64,000 nt of DNA from Balanoglossus misakiensis. Lineage: Eukaryota > Animalia > Hemichordata. The notes beneath the pieces were generated by a model that worked only from the letters and a program-made list of their open reading frames with translations, had not been told where the DNA came from and did no database searches. The DNA lies in NCBI GenBank assembly GCA_040954595.2, contig CM082576.2, forward strand, positions 916,648 through 980,647, read 5' to 3'. Both the position numbers and the translations under genes were made by a program. Below are positions 1 to 14,353 of this stretch, piece by piece. Position 1 is the stretch's first letter. Each line of letters begins with the position of its first letter.

Positions 1-107
1 ACACATATCGTAAATAACAGAGTAGTACAATGCAGCATTCACAAACCTGAGACTATTGATGTCCCACATTGCTATGTACATGTATTCTGCATTTATTTGA
101 TCCACAG

Positions 108-1091
108 ATTCGCAAGATGCCACCCTTGGCAAGCATTGCAAACAGGTCAAGCATGCATAGACCAATCAAGCCAGCCATTGCAACATCAACTGTGAGCAAG
201 CCAACTGTGAACTCTTCTGTTTCTAGTTCAGTGCCCTCTAGTGGCAGTGTTGTCCAGAGACGTATTTTGACCCTTCCTCCAGGATTCAACATAACCAAGA
301 CATCTGATGGCTATGCTATTCACAAACCAGATGGTACAACAATACAGGTTACAGGTGGAGAAGGCGGCATTCCTCTTGAAACACTGCAGGCTTTGATCAA
401 TATGGACACCAGTATATTTCAAAGTGTGTCAAGTTCAACACCAGCAGCCCCAGAATCTAATACTTTGCAGTCAGCCACTTCCCCGACAGATCAGCAAATA
501 GCAAGGACTGCAGAATCTGCTGTAGCAGCAGTTTCTGAGGCGTCTGTTGCTGCAGAAACAGAAAGCCAAACTGAACAGATTGCGATGGAAACAGTCAGTC
601 AGACAGAACAGATCGCGATGGAAACAGTCAGTCAGACAGAACAGATCGCGATGGAAACAGTCAGTGAAACAGAACAGATTACTATGGAAACAGACAGTCA
701 AACAGGGCATGTTGCCATAGAAACAGACAGTCAGACAGAGCAGGTTGCCATAGAAACAGATAGACAAGTTTCCATGGAAACGGGTAGCCAAATAGAACAA
801 GTCTCCATGGAGACAGATGGCCACACAGAACAAGCAATGAATGAAACAGTGTTCACTGAGAGTGTGTCGCAAACAGAAGCTACTCAAGAAGCATCAAACG
901 TCAAATCTGAAATTGAGGAGAGTTCATTTCCCGTGGAATCAATAGCCCAGGAAGTTGTGCAGTCAACAACGAACATGTGCACTGAAACGTCCACTACAAC
1001 AATTGGGAATGAGGGTCAAATCTTGACCAATGGAAATTCTGTTAGCCATTCAAGTGGTGTGGAAAATACCATTGTGAATAACATAGGTTAA
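108..1091 (+). CDS. Terminal coding exon of a gene entering from upstream, probably ZNF839-like
   Basis: Acceptor tccacag| at 107, open frame to TAA at 1089-1091, AATAAA at 2427. The motif PDGTTIQVTGGEGGIPLETLQALI resembles my recollection of the C-terminus of fish ZNF839. ZNF839 is also tail-to-tail with CINP in human. The exon is well supported; the identity is tentative. Confidence 0.55.
   Translation: MRKMPPLASIANRSSMHRPIKPAIATSTVSKPTVNSSVSSSVPSSGSVVQRRILTLPPGFNITKTSDGYAIHKPDGTTIQVTGGEGGIPLETLQALINMDTSIFQSVSSSTPAAPESNTLQSATSPTDQQIARTAESAVAAVSEASVAAETESQTEQIAMETVSQTEQIAMETVSQTEQIAMETVSETEQITMETDSQTGHVAIETDSQTEQVAIETDRQVSMETGSQIEQVSMETDGHTEQAMNETVFTESVSQTEATQEASNVKSEIEESSFPVESIAQEVVQSTTNMCTETSTTTIGNEGQILTNGNSVSHSSGVENTIVNNIG
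568..835 (+). repeat. Coding tandem repeat, ~33-bp / 11-aa unit (QTEQIAMETVS), about 8 copies diverging toward the 3' end
   Basis: Near-identical CAGACAGAACAGATCGCGATGGAAACAGTCAGT units, visible in both the DNA and the translation. Confidence 0.9.
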
Positions 1092-3767
1092 TGAATCAGC
1101 ACTGCATGATGTTTTGTTGTCAACAACACCACAGTGTTACTCAAGTATGTTATTACTAGCCGTGCTCATTTTAAGAAAATTCACTTGTTAATGCTCTTGT
1201 ATGAATTTCTGTGAGCACAGCAGATAGTCAGTGAAGACTTAACCTCAGAGTTGTGTTGAGAACTGAAATGCGCTCCAAGTTGGACACTTCATAGAAGATG
1301 GTATCCGAAAAATGATGGAGGCCAGAATGGTAAAAATAGGGCAAGAGATGTGTTTTCTCAGAGGGCACATTTCTAAGTGAGGTTTTTTTTTCACCAACAG
1401 CCAAAATTCATAAGACATAGATACCACTGTTGCATTTTCTGTTGTACAATCAGTCTGGTCTTGTAATACAGTGCACACACACATGGCAAACACCACTCCC
1501 TGAAAGTTGATAAAAGCACAAGTTGAATTCCAGAGACAGAGGATGTGTCATATGAAAGTATGCCTATCTATGTCACTCTTGGGGATGTTTTGGCATTCAT
1601 TGGCAACTCTTCTATGAAGATTTCGGCCGTCTTTCTGTGTTTTACAGTTGCAGTTATAACAAAGGGGCATTTCTGTTGAATTTTAAAGCATAGTGTGTAA
1701 AATGTTTGTTGGTTGAAATCATTTTGAATCAACATTTCCAAGATCCCAATTATTTTATGTTAATGTAGATATATGTATTATAGCAATGAGAAAAACTTAC
1801 AAGACACACAAAGTTTGCTTCAAGATCATACATGATTCTATATTATATAATTTCTTACCTTATTTCTCTGAAACTGGTGTATATAAAAGTACGAAGTAAA
1901 AGCTTTGTAGACTGGGGACTAAGTTACATATTACACCATGCATTCGATAGAGTTACAGAGAGTTAGTTATTTGTTCTGTTTCAATTTTTCATAGATAAAG
2001 ATGTTGTAAACGTAATTCTTGTTTTAATGTAGCCAACCTGGGAATATTTGTTAACTGAGAAAAAATTTTCTTAGAAGTATCTTGTAAGTTAACATGCCAC
2101 AGCACTGAGTCAGACAGATTATGGCGATTGAGAATAACACTACAGTGAATTCTTTGACAAGGATATTCACTGTTTACTTTGACCCAACTTGCCTTGCCAA
2201 AGTAGGTGTCTAACCTGGTAATCTAAACATTTGAAATAGCAATGATGCCATTTGTAGATAAGTACGTCTAAATCTGATTTCGACATGAATTGTCAGGACA
2301 GACCATGTATTACAGTATGCTGTTTTGTATTGCCACATGATCTGACTTGTGCTGCTCAACTGAAACTGCTCATGTTCATTTTATATTTATTGCAGCTTCC
2401 CTCCCAAGGAAGCTGAAAAAGTAAATAATAAAATTATTGTTATTATGTACATCAACTTATCACATTTTAAAGTCACGTTCTAACATATTGATAGCATAAT
2501 GCCGAAATAAACAATCATTACAAATAGTTGAAAAAAGGATACTTTTTGTTACTCTTCCACATTTCAACACAATTTCAACTTCTGTATTAAAAGTTGATAA
2601 TTTAACAGTTCTCTGAGTTTTGTTCCAAACATTCAAATTGGTTGTGACTTTTGTGCAAATTTCACAGTGTACCATTTTTTGTCTCCTTCAGTAGCTTGCA
2701 TTGATTTTGTTGATATTAGTTTAAGCAACAGGTGTATGTTGTACATACAAAATTATTACATGGACAATGACAAGTTGTTTTGAAGTATCAGAAGTGCATA
2801 GCTCCAGAAAATATCACCACTTGAGTATTCCTATCAAAAGCACCTGCCATACTGTCTACTTCAATGTATCACATACTCAGTTTTATATACCACGCCATGG
2901 TCTAACCAGCTTTCCAAACATAATGAAATGGAGTTTTAAAGTAGTCAAACTGTAGATGATTAGATCCTAGAAGCTGAAGCTATAAAACCAATTCTTTCTC
3001 ATCCAATAAAATATCACCTTGTATCCATGTGGCAACCCACCACCATTACAGCATTGTATAGACATCACAGTTGCATAGGCCAACACATACAACAATATCA
3101 GTAGCCTATAGGGTATTGTAATTATATAAACATATAATCCTCCAATTAAAACATTCAATAACACAAACTTCTTTACTCCCCTTCTATGGAGCAAAGTAGA
3201 CTGACTTCCCCATAACATGCTGACTTTAATAGTTCTACCACCATAGAATACATGAATATGAATTTATTAGGGTTTGTTATTAGAATCATTTCACTGTTGT
3301 TTTCCCTATTTTTTCAATGTACATAACATTTTGTTGTCAAGTTTGTTTACAGGATACCTTGCATTTCGTAAACAGCCGGATGTAAATTTATATTGTCTGG
3401 AAAAAAAGTAAATTTTTTTGTTCAAATATTTTAATCAACCCTGTTGTCATTGTGTTTTTGTCATTGGCCCGATCATCTTTCCTTTGTTGAAGCATTCATA
3501 CTGTAATGTGCAAGCGTGCATCACAATCAAATGTCACAGGAATCAACATGTTACATTTCATCTTTCTTTGCTCTGAGGTTATTGCAATCTACAGCAAATG
3601 AACCAAGTTGAGCTAGAATCACAGGTGACAGGTTTGTGAAATTGATCCAAGGTTTGATATCAAAGCTTGACACTTAGGGGTGACTGATCAGCAAGGCTGC
3701 GTTGAGTGTCACCACTCAGCCAAAGAAAGAAATCCAAAACCAAGACTTCTATTTTATGATTTTATTG

Positions 3768-5159
3768 TCACCTATGTCCAGTTTCCATCAACATACTTTC
3801 AAGCAGAGTTTTACATTTGTCTTCAATGTAAGGCTGATGCAGCCATGTAGAAACATAAAACATCATTAAGTCTCTGTCTTCAGAGTGAGCTATTTCTTGT
3901 AGAATGGTTTTCTTCACTTCAAGCTCTGTTTTGTACATGGTGAGTATCTCGCAGGATGAGTCATCTGTCAAGAAAAACGAACACAAGAATCAAACTCTGA
4001 CCCTAAGTACTAGTATGGTATGAGGAAGAGTGAATTCCTTCTCTACAGAAACTGTTTACATGGTGATGATCACTTTAAAGCACTTCTTAACCAACCCCAT
4101 ACTTACAGAATTGTTTTGTTGGCCATGTTTGAAACAAAGGTTCTCCATTCCAAGCTCCATTGTTTTGATGCCATTCAAGATTGCAAACTCCCTTGAAATC
4201 TTTACAGATTGTTTCCATCTTTTTCAGTAACTTTGTCTGTGAAGATAATCGTGGCTTTATTGGTCACTTGAATTGTGCTGTCTTTGATCTTCCGAGTGCT
4301 TATGATTTCAAATTCAATACATCCATGCATGGCCATCCACATCTACATGCACATACATATTCATTAAAAAGAACCTACCAGTGAGTTAAACACCATTTCC
4401 AGTTGCTCACAATACTCTCCAAGTTCTGCCGGCATTTTGTTGCTATGGTCACCTGAGTCACTAACACCATCATGTGTGATGATGATGTCAATGGCCACGT
4501 CCTTGTCTTTATTGGAACTGTAGAAATGTGACATTAATAATTATCAGTCTGTGAAGACACATTTTGTTTTGAATCTGAGCAGTGACATCTGAATCTTGTA
4601 GTACCTAAGACGACTCAATAATCTTAAATTTTCCACTTCACAAGAATTTAGATTCATTGTGGGTTTTTTACCAGCTACACACGATGTATGTTACTGTGGG
4701 ACTTTGAAATGGACTTACTGAGATTGTAACTTGCAGTTGACAATTTTGGAAGCAATTTCAAATCCCTGATCATTAAGCATTTCCCATTTGTTGATGTAGT
4801 TATGCCAATCAGCACAGTGGTCTTTGATCTTCCTGGCACTTCCAGTTAATGAAGTTGGTTTTGGTGACTGCTTGGTCATGGAATGCTCACCTAATTAATA
4901 CAGGGGGAAAACCCAGAAAGACATGACCCTGTCAATATTTCTTGGGTATGCAGCAGTTCCTGGACAGTAAACTACATCTGTAGAGATAGGCCAATCAGAT
5001 TGAGATAGGCCCAGTCTACACGAATATGACATGATATAACAAATTGCAGTCTGATCGTGATGATCACGTACCTGATATTGTCATTCCTTCACTGGATGTT
5101 GAGCCAGACGATTGTTTCTTCTTTTTTGGTGTTCTGTTTCTGTTTGTATCTGCCATCAT
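3768..5159 (-). CDS. CINP: CDK2-interacting protein (5 exons)
   Basis: Exons 5159-5072, 4890-4719, ~4460-4379 (acceptor uncertain), 4236-4107 and 3964-3768, with GT-AG sites. Peptides SARKIKDHCADWHNYINKWEMLNDQGF, PLFQTWPT and WLHQPYIE...LESMLMETGHR match human CINP motifs. Confidence 0.92.
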
Positions 5160-5270
5160 CCCGAACAGAAGACCAGTCAGCTGGTAGGGTCGGTTTCTGA
5201 GGTCACCGCCTATGACCCTAAAAGTCACCTGACAAACTCCCATCATGCAACTCAGCCAGAAGAAATCGAA
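5160..5270. promoter_or_regulatory. Bidirectional promoter, CINP/RBKS
   Basis: Divergent ATGs at 5159 (-) and 5271 (+) are only ~110 bp apart. Confidence 0.7.
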
Positions 5271-7762
<2,492 letters not shown>

Positions 7763-8440
7763 TAGTAATATACACAGGGACATTATGGAAGTGGTTATAT
7801 TATTGTCATACCCGAATCAAACTATTTTCAGGAAAAGAAAATAGTACTATTCAGTGGAGTGATCATTTGTCCAAGATTTGAGGATCATTTTAAACAGTTC
7901 TAAAAATTCAGAAAATTGAGCAAATATTTTATTTTTGGAGATTTTGAATTAAACTTGAATAGTGTATTTTTGAAATGAAGAAATGTAACAAGTGCAATAA
8001 ATAGAGCAATCAGATCTTTATTAATACCTTCCAGTAAAACAATTACAACTAAAATAGAAAAGTTTCCCAAAACATTTTACATACACCTAGACATTTGTGC
8101 TTGTACAAATGGAAATCAATTTACAAAAAAAGATGAAAGACCAGTTTCACGATGGTCGCATGCATTGGGTCTCTAGAGCAACCAGAGTTCCTTGGCAGGC
8201 ATTAGTGATGAACCCAAAGCCTTGTCTTACATCCATAGGTACATGTTGCTGTCACAAAAAAAACTAATGTCTCATCGCATCACTTTTTAGCAGATCAATT
8301 TTGAGTTGGTTGGAGATCCACTCTCCACAGTCAAAACAGCGCCATCGCAGGTGATGAATAAATACTGGTAACCTCAGTATCAAACATCCGGATGACGTAC
8401 AGGACAAGCTTCAGCCAAGATGTTACTCCATAAGGAATAA

Positions 8441-9850
8441 TTACATTGACTTGATTTTCTTCTTTTCATAGAAAATTACATGCCTTCCAACTGAAATGAA
8501 ATGAAACAAAATTGTTCAATGAAAAATATGGCACTCTTGACATACAAGTAAATGTCTGTTTTTATGTAGAAAGATGAAGTCCAAAAGCTAGAAGCAGACC
8601 CACTTTGCAAAAGAAGCTTTAAACTTGAGTTCACTTCAATCTAAACACGAGTGAGGAAATTTAAAGTCAGTGTCCTTATTGAGGTCATGGCCTGGCTTAT
8701 TTGATGATACAAGATGGTGGATATAGTGAAAATAACGGATCATACATACCTATGGGATCAAACTTCCTGAATACAAGTTTGTCTCTAAGCCTGTTTCTTT
8801 TGTAATATCTTTTGGTTCCTGTACCAGCAGCACTTACTAACATGACAAGTATATTCCTGGAAAATATTAAGTTGAAGTGCTCCTTAATCGTTAAATTCCG
8901 ATTATTGCAAATTTAGAATTATTCAGTAGAATATTATACTATTTTGTACTTTCCCCTTGATTTCATTTGTTTTGTTTTCAGAACCAATACGAAGTTTTGT
9001 TCTACTGTAAAACAACAAACTCAACTTTTGATTGAAAGGAAAAGAAATACTGCTTACTTGCTTTTGGCTTTGGCCACTGATGAAAGAAAAGAAAACGAAT
9101 ATTACTGAAACTTATGGAAACATTAATCATTATTTAATACACATAACCATCAAAAGTCGCTCAACAAAATGTCCTATATATTTATACTTACATCTATATG
9201 TTGAAAGGAACATCTTATTTTCTGGTATGAATATGTATCAATCTGAATATATTAAAATCTAAATAAGGAGACAGAAATTACATGTAATCAGTCACATGTC
9301 TGGATTGTAATCATTCATGCAGAATTAGGTTGAGGCTGAAAAAGTACATAACCATGTGTTCATTGTCAGCGACAGATCATTTCTCCCATTAATGGACTTT
9401 CGCAGACAAACTTGTTGCCCGGTAACTGCATCTTCTCTCCTCCTGACTGGCCGGCCTGGCGCCTGCGGCCACTGTTCAAGAGCACCCCCCCCCCCCCCCC
9501 GGATGAGGAGACAACACATTCAAAATCACAAGCAAAAACATTGATGTAACAGTGTGATCCCACCTTTGGCTAAAGTTGACAGTTATGCTGCATATCTGTG
9601 AATGAATATAACAAAAGTTGGTCATGAAACGGTACTTGCACGCAGCACGCAGTCATGTGTTGACCCTAATTAACCCGGAAGCACTTAGACGTGATCACTT
9701 TTTCTGATTTTTCTCACTTTTTAGAGATTTATCAGAGCGATTAGACAACAGCGCTGTACAATAAAATTGGGATATTTTATGTAAAAGAGAAATGAACTTT
9801 TACTTACAATAAAGTCTAGATAAGAGTTGTCCTGGTCGGAGTAATGCCAT
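8441..9850 (-). CDS. MRPL33: Mitochondrial ribosomal protein bL33m (4 exons, including a 19-nt micro-exon)
   Basis: Exons 9850-9808, 9076-9058, 8856-8750 and 8490-8441 splice in phase to MALLRPGQLLSRLYLAKAKSKNILVMLVSAAGTGTKRYYKRNRLRDKLVFRKFDPIVGRHVIFYEKKKIKSM*, matching the human AKSKSKNILV..S.AGTG...KRNRLR..L...DP pattern. It is absent from the ORF track. Confidence 0.93.
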
Positions 9851-10048
9851 AACGATCAAACATACAGAGAAGCCATTTTCCGATAACCGCCGAGAGTGTC
9901 CGACACCGATCCATGCCACGTCTCCTCCCTTAGTCTCTGTACAACTTGGTTTCGTGCATGTTGTGTACCTGATAATTTTAGTATTTCAACCCTTTAATGC
10001 TTGTAGAAAATTTTGTGCGGTTTTATAGGTGACATTTTGGCTTCCAAG
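9851..10048. promoter_or_regulatory. Bidirectional promoter, MRPL33/TMED10
   Basis: Divergent ATGs at 9850 and 10049, with local CpG enrichment. Confidence 0.65.
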
Positions 10049-12377
10049 ATGAATATTGTACAATTGGTGGTTGCATTGACGCTGTGCATAGTGAGTGTAC
10101 ATGGCCTATCGTTTTACCTGCCACCAAACATGAAAAAATGTGTCAAGGAAGAAATCCACAAAGATGTTCTCGTAACGGGAGAATACGAACTGTCTGACGT
10201 TCCAGGGCAGAAGACAATTTTACACGTAAGTTTTAAAGCTGCATTAATAGCATATTCCAAGTTGCAATGCAAATAGTTTCCACTTCCAGACTGTAGTGTG
10301 ACAACATAGTGCCTGCATGTACACACAATAGTATTATGCACAGTGCACGATTGTACATATTGCATGTACATTGTATTGGTTCGCACTCTGCCCTCAAATT
10401 TATGTTTAACTGATGGCGTGGATAAACCAAGGTAGCATTATAACAGAGCAGTTCTGTTGATGGTCAGTTCACAGACAATATTTGTATGTAATAATTACAG
10501 AGCATATGGACAATTGGATATAATACACAGCACAAAATCAATATTGAACTTCATCATTTTTTTTCACTATACAGGTTGCAGACTCCAATGGACATACTCT
10601 GTATATAAAGGAGGATGCTTCTAAAGGAAAGTTTGCCTTCACCACAGATGAATTTGATGTGTTTGAAGTTTGTTTTCAAAGCAAAATGATTTCAGGTAAA
10701 TACAAATATAGAAACTCATTGCTAAAATCCTGTCGACTAATGTTTGTCCCTCTTGCTTCCAGAGTGTACATGTTTCATGTAAAACATAGGATGATGTAAT
10801 GATGCAGCGTAAACTGTTTCACCCAGGATGGCATCAACAAGGAGGATATGTCCCCCTTTGCCAGAGTTCCCCAGCATGACATTACTTGCAGTCACAACCA
10901 CATACACCTAAATTTATTATTGGCTATTCCATTAATGTGGGGAAAAGTGGCATGGCATATAAATCCAATGGTAAAACTGGTGTTAGGCATCATAATAATG
11001 CAAAAGTAAACAAGTGATCTTATACTGAATTTGTATTCACAGGGGGAAGGGGACCTGATCGTGAAGTTTCACTGATGCTGAAGAAAGGTGTAGAGGCTAA
11101 AACATATGACGATGTAAGTTGTAATGCAATCTGCAACCCACTGAATTATATGCTTCTAAAACTTAAAGAAGTGCCAGAACCATTTGGCAGCAGCAAAATT
11201 AACTGTTGTGTGAATGCATCGCGTAAATTGTGTAGCCTCAGCTTCAACTGAAATTCCCCACAGAGGAGCAAAATCGCCCAGAAGGCGGAATTGAACCGCT
11301 CCGATGCTAATCGGCTACAGGTTTGAAGCCTGCACCCCAGACCACTGAGGCTCATCCGGGCAAATGGGTGAAGGTGTTTGATCATAATATAAGTTTTCCT
11401 GAATTTTGTAAAACTTTATGTTTAGTTTAGTAACAGACAAACAGAAACAGTCATTTTGTTGAAGAGTTTTCAAGTTACAGTCACTTTACAACATCTGAAT
11501 TGTTCATTCCTATTTTACCAAGGTTTTAATTAAGTGCACTGAAAAATGAGCATTGGAAAGTGGCATTTTTTCTAAAAAATACAAAACTTGCATATCTTGT
11601 CTAATTTACATAAATTATGCTATTGTTATGCAGATTGCTAAGGCAGAGAAGCTGAAACCCATGGAAGTTGAGCTTAGGAGACTTGAAGATCTTTCAGAAT
11701 CAATTGTCAATGATTTTGCTTACATGAGAGCCAGGGAAGAAGAAATGAGAGATACAAATGGTGAGTAGCAGGTTTTCCCTTTCCATTGAATTTTTTGATG
11801 ACTCATCAACATAGTCCATTGTTGAGATGACCAACATATGTGTTCTGATCTATTATTTTCCCGGTGTGCTTTCACATGCATATTTGAAAACAACTTTCAG
11901 GAATCACTAATTGGTCAATATACTAACGAATCATCAATTTAAAATTAGGAACAATATGTTTATTGACACCTGTTGTGCAAATTCTGTTCTGTTTTGGGAA
12001 ATGAGACAAAAGTGGTTCGTTGGTATGAAGACCATTTCAAAATGTTGCTGGTCTTTTATCACTGCTGCAAATCTTTATCAGTCACGCAATGGTTTACAAC
12101 TGTTTGATAATACACCCCTAAACAATCAGCCCCTCGCATGATAAAGCACAAGTGATAAAGGTGAAAGGTCACTATACAGTAAAGGATTAGAAATTGCATT
12201 GGGATCAGAAAATAATGACATTCACATAATATAATTGTTTTCTTTACATTTACAGAGTCAACCAATTCAAGAGTACTGTACTTTGCAATTTTCTCCATGG
12301 TTTGTCTACTAAGTCTGGCAACATGGCAAGTGTTCTACTTGAGAAGATACTTCAAATCAAAGAAACTTATTGAGTAG
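10049..12377 (+). CDS. TMED10: p24 delta family cargo receptor TMED10/TMP21 (5 exons)
   Basis: Exons 10049-10225, 10575-10695, 11043-11113, 11634-11760 and 12256-12377. Signal peptide, [61 protein letters not shown], a TM segment and C-terminal YFKSKKLIE*. Confidence 0.97.
11275..11361 (-). tRNA. tRNA-Sec (anticodon UCA), 87 nt
   Basis: The reverse complement GCCCGGATGAGCCTCAGTGGTCTGGGGTGCAGGCTTCAAACCTGTAGCCGATTAGCATCGGAGCGGTTCAATTCCGCCTTCTGGGCG closely matches vertebrate tRNA-Sec. It has a 6-bp D stem, TCA anticodon at 11326-11324, a long variable arm and a 4-bp T stem. TTTT follows at 11273-11270. Confidence 0.97.
11385..11393 (-). promoter_or_regulatory. TATA-like element upstream of tRNA-Sec
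   Basis: CTTATATTA on the minus strand ~25-32 nt upstream of the tRNA 5' end. Animal tRNA-Sec genes use upstream TATA/PSE Pol III promoters. Confidence 0.6.
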
Positions 12378-13487
12378 AAAGTTCAGTTTACTTTCCAACT
12401 GTTTGTACTTGTTTAATATGACTGAGGGTATTCTTGCACTGCTGATGTTTGGTTTATTTATCATCCTCTTAAAGTGGACATATTTGGAGCCCCTTATTTA
12501 AGATGTTTGAGAGTACGCCCCTAGAACAGGTTGACATTTCCCCACAGATGTAATGACCGGTGCACACGCCTCAGATAAGGGCACATTACCCTGTATTAGG
12601 AGATATATTTTTATTGTGTACCTCTGCTGATGAGGCAGGAAAGTTTTGCACATGTAGGAACTTCTGCGGCATGTGAATATGTAGGTTAGTATTTCAAATA
12701 ATTACCTGACCTCTATTACGGCACAGAGCAGTACATGTGCCGGTTGCTCTACACAGTCACCCATAATCATTCTACAAGACAGAATGCATTTGAATTCAGC
12801 AGGGGAATGGGTGATCATAAAACAGCTGTGATATGAATTTCATGATTATGTTTTTTTTAATCTGCTGTAAAATCAATAAAAAGTATAGGAGTCTGTGCAC
12901 AGGTCTTATTTCCTCTTCATTTTGTTGTAAAGAGTCAGAGAGACATGTATTTGGACTTCATGCCATTTTAAAATTAAAACAGTTATTCTGCGTATTTGGT
13001 CTGCTTTGTATTGTCATATGAAATGAGTTGCTGATGAAAAATGACTATTGTATTCATGAACAAAACGGGTACCGAAAAACCTGAATATTTCTAGTGATAA
13101 ATCAATACAAATGGATTGTTCATCATTTTTCCAGAAAATAAGAAAAAAACTACTTTTGATATTCATATTTAAAATGACACCATCATCAGTTATCTTTTGT
13201 TGAAATAAACCTTTTAATCCCAGTTCATCTTTTCATTGTAATCTTTGGGTGTACATGCTCTTCAGTAATAAAGAAAAATAAAATAAATATTTTATTGAAA
13301 AGTTATTTTCGTTTTTTTTTTTTTTCTTGTAAACTGTATACTATGAATGGATGTACACCATATGTCACAGTTTATCTGCAATGGTGTTGTTTAAGCTATC
13401 AAAACGAAGGTAAACAGCCATAAGACAGATACCATCATTTGTGGATCTGAGACTAAAAAAGAACTTTGCAGTTGTGCTGGGCCAGCA

Positions 13488-14353
13488 TCATCTTGAAGAC
13501 TTTGTTGATAAGCTCTCTTCTTTGACACTCTTTGATGTTGATTCAGAGTTGTCCAGGCAACTAGAAAAGATAAAGTGTCATCAACCGCCAATCTTACAAA
13601 AATTACAGTGACATATCAAACTTAACAATAACTGGATCTCAATGGCAGTGAACAGAAAAACATTATTTGGTCAAATCTGTATAGTATGGTAATTCAGGGA
13701 ATGATTCTAGTCTTGATAATGCATACATACCATGGTCCAAGCAGCTGTGTTATTGGCAGATGAGGTGGAGTTGACACCATTTCAAGTTTGAGAGGTTCTC
13801 TACAAGATGGCAAGTCAGTTGGCCTAAAGCGAGAATATCTGTACTGTAGTGGCATTTCACTGATTCCAGTCACCGTTAATTTTTCTTCAAATGATCGCTT
13901 CTGAGAATTTCCTGGTGTATCTAGGGACAAATGTTTTATAGTTCAGTTTAGTTATAGTCCAAAAGTTTTGTAGAGAACCTGGGTGGTAATGACAATATGC
14001 ATGACTGTCTTACAAGGAAAATAATCTTCATTACCATGGTGACTGTGTAACATATCATCCAGACCAAGCAACTTCTCTGGTTTTTGTCCAGCTGCTATGG
14101 CAGCATTGAAATCTTGCCATGTCTTCACGTTGTCCTAGATACAAACAAGTCAAAAATGTGAGTTGAAAATGTACAAAAAGATATTTTTATGCAATCTGGA
14201 AAATGATGTTAATTTCATATAGGACATATCAAGGTCAGTGTATGTTTCAGTGAACCTTTTATTTGTGTTTGTGCTCAAGTTATTTATTTGTCTCACTTTG
14301 TGCTGTTCTGCAATTCTGGATCCCTGAAATGTCCCCCTCTCACTTGATGCCAT
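13488..14353 (-). CDS. Uncharacterised 139-aa protein (4 exons)
   Basis: Exons 14353-14297 (57 nt), 14134-14035 (100), 13920-13731 (190) and 13560-13488 (73). All introns are GT-AG, phases 0/1/2 are consistent, and the total of 420 nt ends in TGA. Minus-strand AATAAA at 13296-13291. Protein: MASSERGTFQGSRIAEQHKDNVKTWQDFNAAIAAGQKPEKLLGLDDMLHSHHDTPGNSQKRSFEEKLTVTGISEMPLQYRYSRFRPTDLPSCREPLKLEMVSTPPHLPITQLLGPCCLDNSESTSKSVKEESLSTKSSR. Confidence 0.8.

Noticed and set aside
471-887. 138-aa Cys/Phe-rich repetitive minus-strand ORF
   Set aside because: Antisense shadow of the plus-strand coding repeat.
2967-3218. Hydrophobic 83-aa minus ORF between the converging genes
   Set aside because: No splice context or recognisable motif; likely UTR or intergenic chance ORF.
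9440-9505. GC-rich patch ending GAGCACCCCC...CGG, similar to GAGTACCCCCGGG at ~50879-50891
   Set aside because: Probably solo ends of a MITE family, but no matching partner TIR or target-site duplication could be established.
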